From contig CACLNZ010000004.1 in NCBI GenBank assembly GCA_902608415.1, positions 2,394 through 66,393 of the forward strand: a DNA stretch of 64,000 bases, read 5' to 3'. Source of the DNA: an uncultured PS1 clade bacterium (GTDB taxonomy: Bacteria > Pseudomonadota > Alphaproteobacteria > MED-G09). Position numbers and translations under genes: made by a program. The notes beneath the pieces were generated by a model that worked only from the letters and a program-made list of their open reading frames with translations, made no database searches and had not been told where the DNA came from. The first letter of the stretch is position 1; the number at the start of each line of letters is the position of its first letter. Below are positions 9,865 to 18,318 of this stretch, piece by piece.

Positions 9865-10582
9865 TATTTACACCACTTTTTAATTTTTCAAAAATTTCAC
9901 TATTTATATTTTGGAATTCTTTACTTCCTCTAAATTCTTCTTTTGAATTGTATTGATTAATATTTTTTTCATATACTATCTTACCCGGCCCAGATGAAAG
10001 AACGAGCACTCTTTGAGATAAATAAATTGCCTCAGATACAGAATGAGTAACAAACAATACAGTAAACTTTTCTTTTTCCCATATTTCTAGAAGATCATCC
10101 TCAAGCTTCCTTCTTGTGATCTCATCTAAGGCTGCAAAAGGCTCATCAAGGAGTAAAAGATTACATCCATTAATGAGTGATCGAGCGATAGAAACTCTCA
10201 TCATTTGGCCGCCAGATAACTCATTAGGGTAACTCTTTTCTTTGTCTTTTAAACCTACTCTCTCTAGCCACATTAAAGCTTCTTCCTTCGAAGATTTCTT
10301 CTTATTTAATTCTAGAGGTAAAGTGACATTCTCCAGAACAGTACGCCATGGCATTAATGTTGGGTTTTGAAAGACAAACCCAATTGATAAATCTTTATAA
10401 GAGATATAATCCACAACACCTTTGGTAGGCTTCGTTAAATTTGAAGCTAATCTTAATAATGTAGACTTTCCGCATCCCGATGGGCCTAAAATTGATACAA
10501 ATTCTCCAGAGTCTATATTTAAATTTATATCGGAAAGAACATCCTTATCAAATTTCATATGAACATTAGAAAAATTTAACAT
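9857..10582 (-). CDS. ABC transporter ATP-binding protein (NitT/TauT family)
   Basis: Walker A 'GPSGCGKST', signature 'LSGGQ', Walker B 'LLLLDEPF', H-loop 'VTHS'. Confidence 0.9.
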   Translation of the reverse strand: MLNFSNVHMKFDKDVLSDINLNIDSGEFVSILGPSGCGKSTLLRLASNLTKPTKGVVDYISYKDLSIGFVFQNPTLMPWRTVLENVTLPLELNKKKSSKEEALMWLERVGLKDKEKSYPNELSGGQMMRVSIARSLINGCNLLLLDEPFAALDEITRRKLEDDLLEIWEKEKFTVLFVTHSVSEAIYLSQRVLVLSSGPGKIVYEKNINQYNSKEEFRGSKEFQNINSEIFEKLKSGVNNE

Positions 10583-10584
10583 GT

Positions 10585-11580
10585 TTATCTTCTATTAATA
10601 AATTCAAGGGAGTATGACTCTCTCCATTTAAGCTCTTTATTATAAACATTATAATCTGACATTGTTTTAAAGAATTCTTCCCATCTTTTATTTTCCATCA
10701 AACCTATATCTATATACCCATCCATACTTGAAATTAAATTATATTCTCTAATTTTATCGATCGCCTGAAAAATAATTTCTTTAGTCATTTCTTTATTTTC
10801 TTTTAGAATAAGCTCATTACCAGCATCCGGATTTTCATAAATATACTTCTTCCAACCTAAAATACTTGCCTCAACAAAAGCCCTTACAACTTCTGGTTTT
10901 CTTTCAATTATATCATTCCTAGCTAGAATCATTGCTCCATACCCTGGAAAACCATAATCAGATAAAAGAAAGATATTTGGCGCCCTACCTAATTCCTTTT
11001 CTACAAGATACGGTTCTGATGTTAAATAACCTTGTAATATTGCCTCTTGATTAACTAAAAAAGGAGCCAAACTAAAAGTTTTTCTTCTTATTTGTTTATC
11101 GTTAAATAAATATTTTGATTTTAACCAAACCCAAAAAGCACCAATACTATTCTCAGAAATCATGATTGGTTTATTCACCATTTCATTTAAATTCTCAATT
11201 GGAGAAGAGTTATGTGTTATAATTACTTGAGGATCTTTTTGAAATGAAGCCATAACTGCTTTTGCTGGTATTCCATTACTAAGAATATTAAGAGGTACAA
11301 AGCTATTTGATCCTATACCAAATTCTATTTCTTTAGCTGCAAGAAGTCTTGGAATATTAATACCAGCGTTGCCTTGAATGATTTCAACATCTAAACCCCT
11401 CTCTTCATATAGCCCAAGTGCCAACGCATGATAGAAACCACCTTGTTCTGCTTGAGCTCGCCAATCCGTTGCAAATTTAATCTTAATTAATTCTCTATTT
11501 TCTTCTGCACTAATTGAAAAATGTATTGAATTCAAAAGCATTATTAACGAAAAAGTAATTATTTTAAGAAATTTAATCAT
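10585..11580 (-). CDS. Periplasmic substrate-binding protein, NMT1/THI5-like
   Basis: Signal peptide, then 'IKFATDWRAQAEQGGFYHALALGLYEERGLDVEI', which is typical of SsuA/THI5/ThiY-like binding proteins. Confidence 0.75.
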   Translation of the reverse strand: MIKFLKIITFSLIMLLNSIHFSISAEENRELIKIKFATDWRAQAEQGGFYHALALGLYEERGLDVEIIQGNAGINIPRLLAAKEIEFGIGSNSFVPLNILSNGIPAKAVMASFQKDPQVIITHNSSPIENLNEMVNKPIMISENSIGAFWVWLKSKYLFNDKQIRRKTFSLAPFLVNQEAILQGYLTSEPYLVEKELGRAPNIFLLSDYGFPGYGAMILARNDIIERKPEVVRAFVEASILGWKKYIYENPDAGNELILKENKEMTKEIIFQAIDKIREYNLISSMDGYIDIGLMENKRWEEFFKTMSDYNVYNKELKWRESYSLEFINRR

Positions 11581-12403
11581 CTAAACCTATAATTATAGTT
11601 GGCATCTTTAAAGGTGCGTTTCTTATTGTTGCAACTATTGTCCCAGGCTTTCTTCCCTTTCTTATCTCAGAAAGATCAAAATTAGAATCAATTAATCTTT
11701 TGTGACATTTAGAGATGTTTTCACTATGCCACCCTACTCCACCAAAAGATAAAGATTCAGAATCAGGATTTTCAATTACCTCAAGCGTAACGCTGCCAAT
11801 GCGAAAAAACATCATTCTTATATCCTTTTCACCAAAATTAAAAACCTTATCAAGCGCTAGTCTAATTCCAAGTTTTTCAGTGAATAAATTTTTTAGATAT
11901 TCGATATCAGGAGTATAGATGATTATTTGATTAAACTTTGAAATAGTATAATCTTCATAATTCCCTTTATCATTTAAAGCTGCGCCTTGATCAAAAACTA
12001 ATAAATTTAAATCGGAAGAATTAGTTTTTTTTAGTGAAAAAAATGTAGATTTTGTATTTTTTTTATCTCTGAAATTGAAGTCAATTTCTTCAATACTACT
12101 TATATTTAAATTCATTTCTTTAAATTTTCTATGATCTTCAAAAATATCGTCAGATACAAGTGATAAAGCTTGAATGCCATTATCCATGTTATGTTTTTTC
12201 AACTGCGAATAATAAAAAATATCTTTTTGATTTCTATTTTCGTATAACTCAATAGATCCATTTTTTAAACTATGGTTATATATTTTTGAATCGCTATCAT
12301 TACCTATATCACTTGTGTCATGACCAAATAATTTATGAAACTGCTCATGGCTTTCTTCAATATTTTCAGATGTAATTAGTATACTTTTAAAATGTGTAAG
12401 CAT
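11573..12403 (-). CDS. Hypothetical protein, possibly a two-domain VOC/glyoxalase fold
   Basis: First gene of the ABC operon (8-nt overlap with the SBP gene). Two beta-alpha-beta-beta-beta-like halves ('FKSILITSENIEESHEQFHKLFG', 'FNQIIIYTPDIEYLKNLFTEKLGI'). The functional call is weak. Confidence 0.4.
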   Translation of the reverse strand: MLTHFKSILITSENIEESHEQFHKLFGHDTSDIGNDSDSKIYNHSLKNGSIELYENRNQKDIFYYSQLKKHNMDNGIQALSLVSDDIFEDHRKFKEMNLNISSIEEIDFNFRDKKNTKSTFFSLKKTNSSDLNLLVFDQGAALNDKGNYEDYTISKFNQIIIYTPDIEYLKNLFTEKLGIRLALDKVFNFGEKDIRMMFFRIGSVTLEVIENPDSESLSFGGVGWHSENISKCHKRLIDSNFDLSEIRKGRKPGTIVATIRNAPLKMPTIIIGLDD

Positions 12404-12466
12404 GTTTTTTTAAATCTATCATTTAAATAAGTTTAAATTAATTTTTATAATGGTTAAAATTATAGC

Positions 12467-13873
12467 ATGAAGAACAATATCATCAAAAAAATTGAAGAAA
12501 TAATAGGAAAAAAGAATATATTGCTATCGAGTGAAGATAAAAGCAAATACCTTGTTGAGTGGAGAAATAGATATATCGGAAAAGCACAGGCGATATTAAG
12601 ACCCAAATCTACTAAAGAAGTATCTTTATTACTTAAATTATTTAATAAAAATAATATTTCAGTTACCCCTCAAGGTGGGAATACTGGGCTTGTAGGTGGC
12701 CAAATCACATATAACAGTAAAGATTTTATAGTTTCTTTAGAAAGAATGAAAAAACTAATATCTTTCAATAAGATAGACCAAACAATGGTTGTACAATCTG
12801 GTATGTTACTGTCTGAAATTCATAGCGTATGCGAGAAAAATGATATGTTATTTCCTCTTTCTTTAGCCTCGGAAGGAAGCTGCACAATAGGGGGTAACTT
12901 GGCTACAAATGCTGGAGGTGTAGGTGTTTTATATTATGGTAATACAAGGGACCTAACTTTAGGGCTTGAGGTCGTTTTATCAGATGGAAGCATTATCAAT
13001 CTTCTAAAAACTTTAAAAAAAGACAATACTGGCTATTCTTTAAAGGATCTATTCGTTGGATCAGAAGGAACATTAGGTATAATTACTGCTGCAAGCCTAA
13101 AGATATTCCCAAAGCCAAGGGAAAAATTTACTTTTTTGGCATCTTCAAGAAGTCCAAAAAAATCATTGGAATTTCTTAGAATGATCCAAAAAAATACATC
13201 GACCCCATTAACCTCTTTTGAGATTATGAATAATAATTCTATCGAAACAGTTTTGAAAAATATCAACGGGGCTATACTGCCAATTTCTGAGGAAGCAGAG
13301 TGGTATATATTGATTGAATTTTCTTCTTATGAAAAAAACTTAGATGCCATTGATAAAATTAATGAGATTGTAAATCTAGGTTTAGAGAAGAAAACAATAT
13401 TAAATGCAGTTTTTGCAAACTCAAAAAAACAATCAAAGCAAATTTGGAATTTAAGAGAGAATATATCTGAGGCTCAGAAAAAAGATGGAGCAAGTATAAA
13501 GAATGACGTATCTGTTCCTATTTTTGAAGTAGATGAATTTATCAGAAAAGCAGATTTAATAGTTTCAAAAGAAATTCCAAAGGCTAAAAAAATTACTTTT
13601 GGTCATTTAGGGGATGGGAATATTCATTATAATATTAGTCAACCAGAAAATTTAAGCCAGGATAGTTTTTTTAAGTTAGAAAAACCGCTTAGAGAAAAAA
13701 TTCTATCTCTTATAGTTAAAATGGAAGGCTCTTTTAGCGCTGAACATGGCATAGGTATCGTTAGAAAAAAAGATGCTCTAAAAATTAAAGGTGATGAAAT
13801 AAAAATAATGAAAAGTATTAAAAAATCACTTGATCCAAAAAATATTCTTAATCCTGGTAAGATTTTTGATTAG
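12467..13873 (+). CDS. FAD-linked oxidase (GlcD / D-lactate / D-2-hydroxyacid dehydrogenase family)
   Basis: 468 aa. 'VTPQGGNTGLVGG' FAD-binding PCMH motif, 'GSEGTLGIIT', C-terminal 'SAEHGIG' and 'LDPKNILNPGK'. Confidence 0.85.
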   Translation: MKNNIIKKIEEIIGKKNILLSSEDKSKYLVEWRNRYIGKAQAILRPKSTKEVSLLLKLFNKNNISVTPQGGNTGLVGGQITYNSKDFIVSLERMKKLISFNKIDQTMVVQSGMLLSEIHSVCEKNDMLFPLSLASEGSCTIGGNLATNAGGVGVLYYGNTRDLTLGLEVVLSDGSIINLLKTLKKDNTGYSLKDLFVGSEGTLGIITAASLKIFPKPREKFTFLASSRSPKKSLEFLRMIQKNTSTPLTSFEIMNNNSIETVLKNINGAILPISEEAEWYILIEFSSYEKNLDAIDKINEIVNLGLEKKTILNAVFANSKKQSKQIWNLRENISEAQKKDGASIKNDVSVPIFEVDEFIRKADLIVSKEIPKAKKITFGHLGDGNIHYNISQPENLSQDSFFKLEKPLREKILSLIVKMEGSFSAEHGIGIVRKKDALKIKGDEIKIMKSIKKSLDPKNILNPGKIFD

Positions 13874-13877
13874 ATTC

Positions 13878-14348
13878 CTATTTTAAAGGAACGCCGGGCA
13901 AATATTTTGATTGTCTTATAGTTAGTGATGTTTTCACACTTGCTACATTTGGAGCTGAAGTTAACTCGTTAGTAAGAAAGGTTTGAAAACTAGATAGATC
14001 AGGAGCCACACACTTTAAAATAAAGTCAATTTCTCCATTAAGCATATGACATTCTCTAACATAATCTAAGTTGCCAACATGCTCCTCAAAACTCAATAAA
14101 TCTGCTTCAGCTTGGTTATGTAAACCAACCATTGCAAAGACCGTAACCTCAAACCCTAATTTTTCTGGATCTAATTCTGCATGATATCCTCTAATATAAC
14201 CTTCATTTTCAAGTGCTTTTACTCTTCTTAAGCAAGGAGGTGCTGAAAGCTCAACAAACTCTGATAGCTCAACATTTGTAGTTCGGCCATTTTCTTGCAG
14301 TTTATTAAGTATTTTAATGTCTATGAAATCTAAATTATCTCGTTTCAT
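13878..14348 (-). CDS. Lrp/AsnC-family transcriptional regulator
   Basis: 'LDFIDIKILNKLQENGRTTNVELSEFVELSAPPCLRRVKALENEGYIRGY' HTH followed by a RAM domain. The track ORF starts at TTG 14384; ATG 14348 gives the canonical N-terminus. Confidence 0.85.
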   Translation of the reverse strand: MKRDNLDFIDIKILNKLQENGRTTNVELSEFVELSAPPCLRRVKALENEGYIRGYHAELDPEKLGFEVTVFAMVGLHNQAEADLLSFEEHVGNLDYVRECHMLNGEIDFILKCVAPDLSSFQTFLTNELTSAPNVASVKTSLTIRQSKYLPGVPLK

Positions 14349-14410
14349 GAAATTTATGTTATAGATTATATTGTTAATACGCAAGATTATTACAATAATC
14401 GATAATAACT

Positions 14411-15346
14411 ATGGTTTTAAAAGAAATAAAAAATAGCTGGATACTTTCATCAGGTTTAATTGGGTGCGAAAACCAGTGCCTTGGTGTGATTGAACGATTA
14501 GGAATAGAGACAGAAATTAAAAAAATAAAGCCCTCAATGGCTGTTTCTCTTTTTGCTCCTTACGGGACTCCATTTCTTAATCCCCAAGTTCGTGAACCAT
14601 GGCCTGATCTTGTGATAGCGGCTGGAAGAAAAACAATTCCTTATCTTAAATACATAAGGAAAGCCTCTAAAAAAGAATGCAAAACAATATATCTTCAAGA
14701 TCCCAGAATAAACTCAAAAGAATTTGATATAGTTTGGGCGCCAGAACATGACTCTATAGAAGGAAGTAATGTTGTAAAAACCATAACATCACCAAACAGG
14801 GTAACAAACGAACTACTTAATTATCATCACGATGAATGGTTGGATAAATTATCAAAACTCAAAGGGCCTTTTATAGGTTTTTTGATTGGAGGAAAAAGTA
14901 AGGCTTATAATTTTAATGATGACGAATGTGAAAAAATCATTCAAGCTATAAATTTTGTTATTAGTAATGGATATACTCCGCTAATTACATTATCTAGAAG
15001 GTCGCCTAAAAAATTATCCAACAGAATTAAAAATTTATTAATAAATGAAAAAAATTTATTTTACGATGGGCAAGGTGATAATCCATATTTTGCTATTTTA
15101 AAAGCTTCAGAAATAATAATAACAACACCAGACTCGGCAAATATGATAAGTGAAGCAATAAATGTTCCAAAACCGGTTTATTATATTGATATAAAAAGTA
15201 AGTCAAAAAGATTTAATAAATTCATTAATACATTAGTAAATTCCGGACATATAAGACTTTTTGAAAACAATATTGATTATTTTCAGAATAAAAAATTAGA
15301 CCCTACAAAAGAAATAGTTGACTATATCTATAAGAATCTTTTTTAA
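14411..15346 (+). CDS. ELM1/DUF1022-family protein
   Basis: 'GLIGCENQCLGV', 'PWPDLVIAAGRKT' and 'TPDSANMISEAINVPKPVY' match my memory of the alphaproteobacterial ELM1-like family. Confidence 0.6.
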   Translation: MVLKEIKNSWILSSGLIGCENQCLGVIERLGIETEIKKIKPSMAVSLFAPYGTPFLNPQVREPWPDLVIAAGRKTIPYLKYIRKASKKECKTIYLQDPRINSKEFDIVWAPEHDSIEGSNVVKTITSPNRVTNELLNYHHDEWLDKLSKLKGPFIGFLIGGKSKAYNFNDDECEKIIQAINFVISNGYTPLITLSRRSPKKLSNRIKNLLINEKNLFYDGQGDNPYFAILKASEIIITTPDSANMISEAINVPKPVYYIDIKSKSKRFNKFINTLVNSGHIRLFENNIDYFQNKKLDPTKEIVDYIYKNLF

Positions 15347-15366
15347 ATGAAATAAAGCTAATTAAA

Positions 15367-16305
15367 ATGACAGATAACACTCATTCAAAATTATTAATTC
15401 TTGGTTCTGGACCTGCTGGCTATACTGCAGCTATCTATGCTTCAAGAGCGATGTTAGAGCCAACTCTTTTAACGGGGATTGAACCAGGTGGTCAAATGAC
15501 AATAACTACTGATGTAGAAAATTATCCAGGTTTTGCAGATATTATTCAAGGTCCATGGTTAATGGATCAGATGAAAGAGCAAGCAATAAGTGTTGGAACA
15601 AATATAGTTTTTGATACCATTGTTGATGTCGATTTATCAAATAAGCCTTTTAAATTAAAGTCTGATTCAGAAAAAGAATATACATGTGATGCTTTAATCA
15701 TTGCAACTGGTGCTCAAGCAAACTGGTTAGGGATAGAATCAGAAAATAAATTTAAGGGGTATGGTGTTTCAGCATGTGCAACTTGCGATGGTTTTTTTTA
15801 TAAAGATAAAACAGTTGTTGTGGTTGGAGGAGGAAATACTGCCGCTGAAGAAGCAATTTTTTTAACTAACTTTGCAAGTGAAGTAAAATTAATACATAGA
15901 AGAGACTCATTGCGTGCTGAGAAAATTCTTCAAAAAAGATTAATGGAAAATAAAAAAATTGAAATTATTTGGGATACAGAAATTACAGAGATAGTTGGTG
16001 ATGAAGATCCCTTAAGTGTAAACCAAGTTGTTTTAAAAAATAAGAAAACAAATAGTATAGAGAATCTCAAAGCTGATGGTGTTTTTGTTGCGATTGGACA
16101 TAGTCCTTCCTCATTAATATTTCAAAATCAATTAGATATGAATGACGCGGGTTATATTTTTACTGCAGCTGATTCAACTAAAACAAATATTAGCGGTGTT
16201 TTTGCAGCCGGTGATGTTACTGATGATAAATATAGACAAGCCGTTACCGCTGCAGGTATGGGCTGTATGGCAGCACTTGAAGTAGAAGAATATTTATCTG
16301 AATAA
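15367..16305 (+). CDS. trxB: Thioredoxin-disulfide reductase
   Basis: 'ILGSGPAGYTAAIYA', redox-active 'CATCDG', 'VVGGGNTAAEEA', 'HRRD', 'GVFAAGDV'. Confidence 0.95.
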   Translation: MTDNTHSKLLILGSGPAGYTAAIYASRAMLEPTLLTGIEPGGQMTITTDVENYPGFADIIQGPWLMDQMKEQAISVGTNIVFDTIVDVDLSNKPFKLKSDSEKEYTCDALIIATGAQANWLGIESENKFKGYGVSACATCDGFFYKDKTVVVVGGGNTAAEEAIFLTNFASEVKLIHRRDSLRAEKILQKRLMENKKIEIIWDTEITEIVGDEDPLSVNQVVLKNKKTNSIENLKADGVFVAIGHSPSSLIFQNQLDMNDAGYIFTAADSTKTNISGVFAAGDVTDDKYRQAVTAAGMGCMAALEVEEYLSE

Positions 16306-16319
16306 AAAGGAAAAGATTA

Positions 16320-17402
16320 TTGAGCAACACTCCTTTAGTTAAATATTCAAAATCAAAAAATACAGAATATGAGGAGCATAGTGCTTCAAAAATATTAAGG
16401 AACCTAATTGAGTTCTCAATTAATGATAGCGCTAACAAAATTAGCATTAAGATTGAAAGAAATGGCTTAAGCCTCATTGAAATTAAAAATAATGGAAATG
16501 GATTAAGTTCAAAAGACCTTGCAGAATCTGTTGAGAATAATTCTGTTACCTTAAACAACAATCAGAATATATTTTTAAATTTGTCTAAAATTAGTAATTT
16601 AGAAATCATCAGCAAAGAAAAAGATAAAACAAGAGGATCTTTATTAAAAATTACTAATGACAAAATACAACCAATTAAAGAATGCTATGCAGATATAGGA
16701 ACAAAAATATCATTAAAAGATATTTTTTATAATGATAATGAAAAGAGGACTAATCCAGAGAATTTTATCGAGGATGATATAAAAAATATAATATTCAATT
16801 ATGCTTTAGCTTTTCCTAATATTAATTTCTTAGCTAAGCTAAACAATACATCAATAATTAATACTCCCATTGAAGATAAACTTTCTAAAGACAAAATAAT
16901 TTCAAGAATAAGTAAAGTATTTGATAATAAAATTGCTAAATCTCTAATAAAAGAACAATTAGAAACAGAGAAAATAAAAATTAAGATCTATTACAGCAGT
17001 AAAAAACAAGTCTCGAAAAAGATGAATAATCAATACATTATTGTAAACAATAAACCAGCAAGATTTCTAGAAATCAAAAGGGTATTTAATGATATTTATA
17101 GGAAGTCATTTGAAGTTGATGGATATCCATCTTTCTTTATTTTTTTAAACTATAATGAAAATTTAGTTGATAGAAAAAAAGTTGAAAAAATGACAAAAGG
17201 CTTAATATTAAAATCATTTTCAAAACAGATATACGAATTTGATGGAGATAAAAAAAATAAAAATAATTCAATTAAATCAGTTTTCAATTTTCACAAAAAC
17301 TTTCAACTAACTGAATCAAAAAACGGAATAATTATAAAAAATAATAAGAATAATAAAAAAGTTGAAATATCAATTTCAAATATTAAGAATCTTTTTAAAT
17401 AA
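16320..17402 (+). CDS. Truncated, motif-degenerate MutL N-terminal (GHKL) homologue
   Basis: TTG start, 360 aa. 'ILRNLIEFSINDSANKISIKIERNGLSLIEIKNNGNGLSSKDL' aligns with E. coli MutL '[43 protein letters not shown]'. 'GTKISLKDIFYNDNEKR' aligns with 'GTTLEVLDLFYNTPARR'. The catalytic and ATP motifs are substituted and no C-terminal dimerisation domain is present. Confidence 0.5.
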   Translation: MSNTPLVKYSKSKNTEYEEHSASKILRNLIEFSINDSANKISIKIERNGLSLIEIKNNGNGLSSKDLAESVENNSVTLNNNQNIFLNLSKISNLEIISKEKDKTRGSLLKITNDKIQPIKECYADIGTKISLKDIFYNDNEKRTNPENFIEDDIKNIIFNYALAFPNINFLAKLNNTSIINTPIEDKLSKDKIISRISKVFDNKIAKSLIKEQLETEKIKIKIYYSSKKQVSKKMNNQYIIVNNKPARFLEIKRVFNDIYRKSFEVDGYPSFFIFLNYNENLVDRKKVEKMTKGLILKSFSKQIYEFDGDKKNKNNSIKSVFNFHKNFQLTESKNGIIIKNNKNNKKVEISISNIKNLFK

Positions 17403-17403
17403 T

Positions 17404-17820
17404 TTAATTAATTTTTTTTGCTGGAGTATTTATAATTTGAGTTTCAAGGTTTGCATTAACCTCTTCTACATCGCGCATCTCTGAGTCCAAAACTTCTTTT
17501 ATATTTGGTATAGATTCTGCAACATCAGCACCTGTCATTAAATTAATCTCTGACTGACTAAAGTCTTCTGAATTATTTGAATTATTAAATAATATTGCTT
17601 GTAGTTCTCTGCTTGGTTGTTGTGGTGTAGGCCTAACCTCTCCTTCAGCGGGAGGTCTTAAATTATATTCTGGAGGTATAATTAAATTAGGCTTTGTTAA
17701 AATCGTAAATTCATCTGGAGGTAATTTGTCAGTACCCAAAACTTTGGCAAGTTCACTCCCGCAACCAATTAAAAGTATTGGCGATAACAAAACTAACATA
17801 ACTATAAAATTTTTAACCAT
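17404..17820 (-). CDS. Lipoprotein (DUF3035-like)
   Basis: Lipobox 'LLIGCGS' after a signal peptide; Pro-rich 'PPEYNLRPPAEGEVRPTPQQP'. Sits directly downstream of lspA. Confidence 0.6.
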   Translation of the reverse strand: MVKNFIVMLVLLSPILLIGCGSELAKVLGTDKLPPDEFTILTKPNLIIPPEYNLRPPAEGEVRPTPQQPSRELQAILFNNSNNSEDFSQSEINLMTGADVAESIPNIKEVLDSEMRDVEEVNANLETQIINTPAKKIN

Positions 17821-17823
17821 AAT

Positions 17824-18318
17824 TTAATTTCCTATATTCTTTTTAGATAAAATAAACTGACTAAGAATAAAAAGAATTACTCCTAGAACAATAAACATAT
17901 CTGCAATATTAAATATATACCAAGAAAAACCTTTCGCATGAAGAGAAATAAAGTCTACTACTGCACCATATGTAAATCTATCTAATACATTTCCTAAGGC
18001 ACCTCCGATTATGAAGGATATACCAAGCTTTGAAAGAATTGAAGATTCATTTCGAACAAAACTTAAAAGAAAAATTATAATTAAAATGGAAAGTGAGATT
18101 AGAATCCATTTCTGAAAATCTCCTCCTCCAGAAAATAGACCATAGGAAATACCTGTATTAAAAACTAAAATAAAATCCAAATATTCATTAACATATATTT
18201 TTTCAACAATACCGTCTTTGAATATTGATATAATTTTGTTTTTACTTAAGAAATCAATTAAAAGGACGCCACCAGATGATGCTACAACAAAAAGATATTC
18301 TCTAATTCCCTTTATCAT
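17824..18318 (-). CDS. lspA: Lipoprotein signal peptidase (signal peptidase II)
   Basis: 'NTGISYGLF', 'GGALGNVLDR' and 'VVDFI...FNIADMFI' motifs. 17-nt overlap with ileS. Confidence 0.9.
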   Translation of the reverse strand: MIKGIREYLFVVASSGGVLLIDFLSKNKIISIFKDGIVEKIYVNEYLDFILVFNTGISYGLFSGGGDFQKWILISLSILIIIFLLSFVRNESSILSKLGISFIIGGALGNVLDRFTYGAVVDFISLHAKGFSWYIFNIADMFIVLGVILFILSQFILSKKNIGN

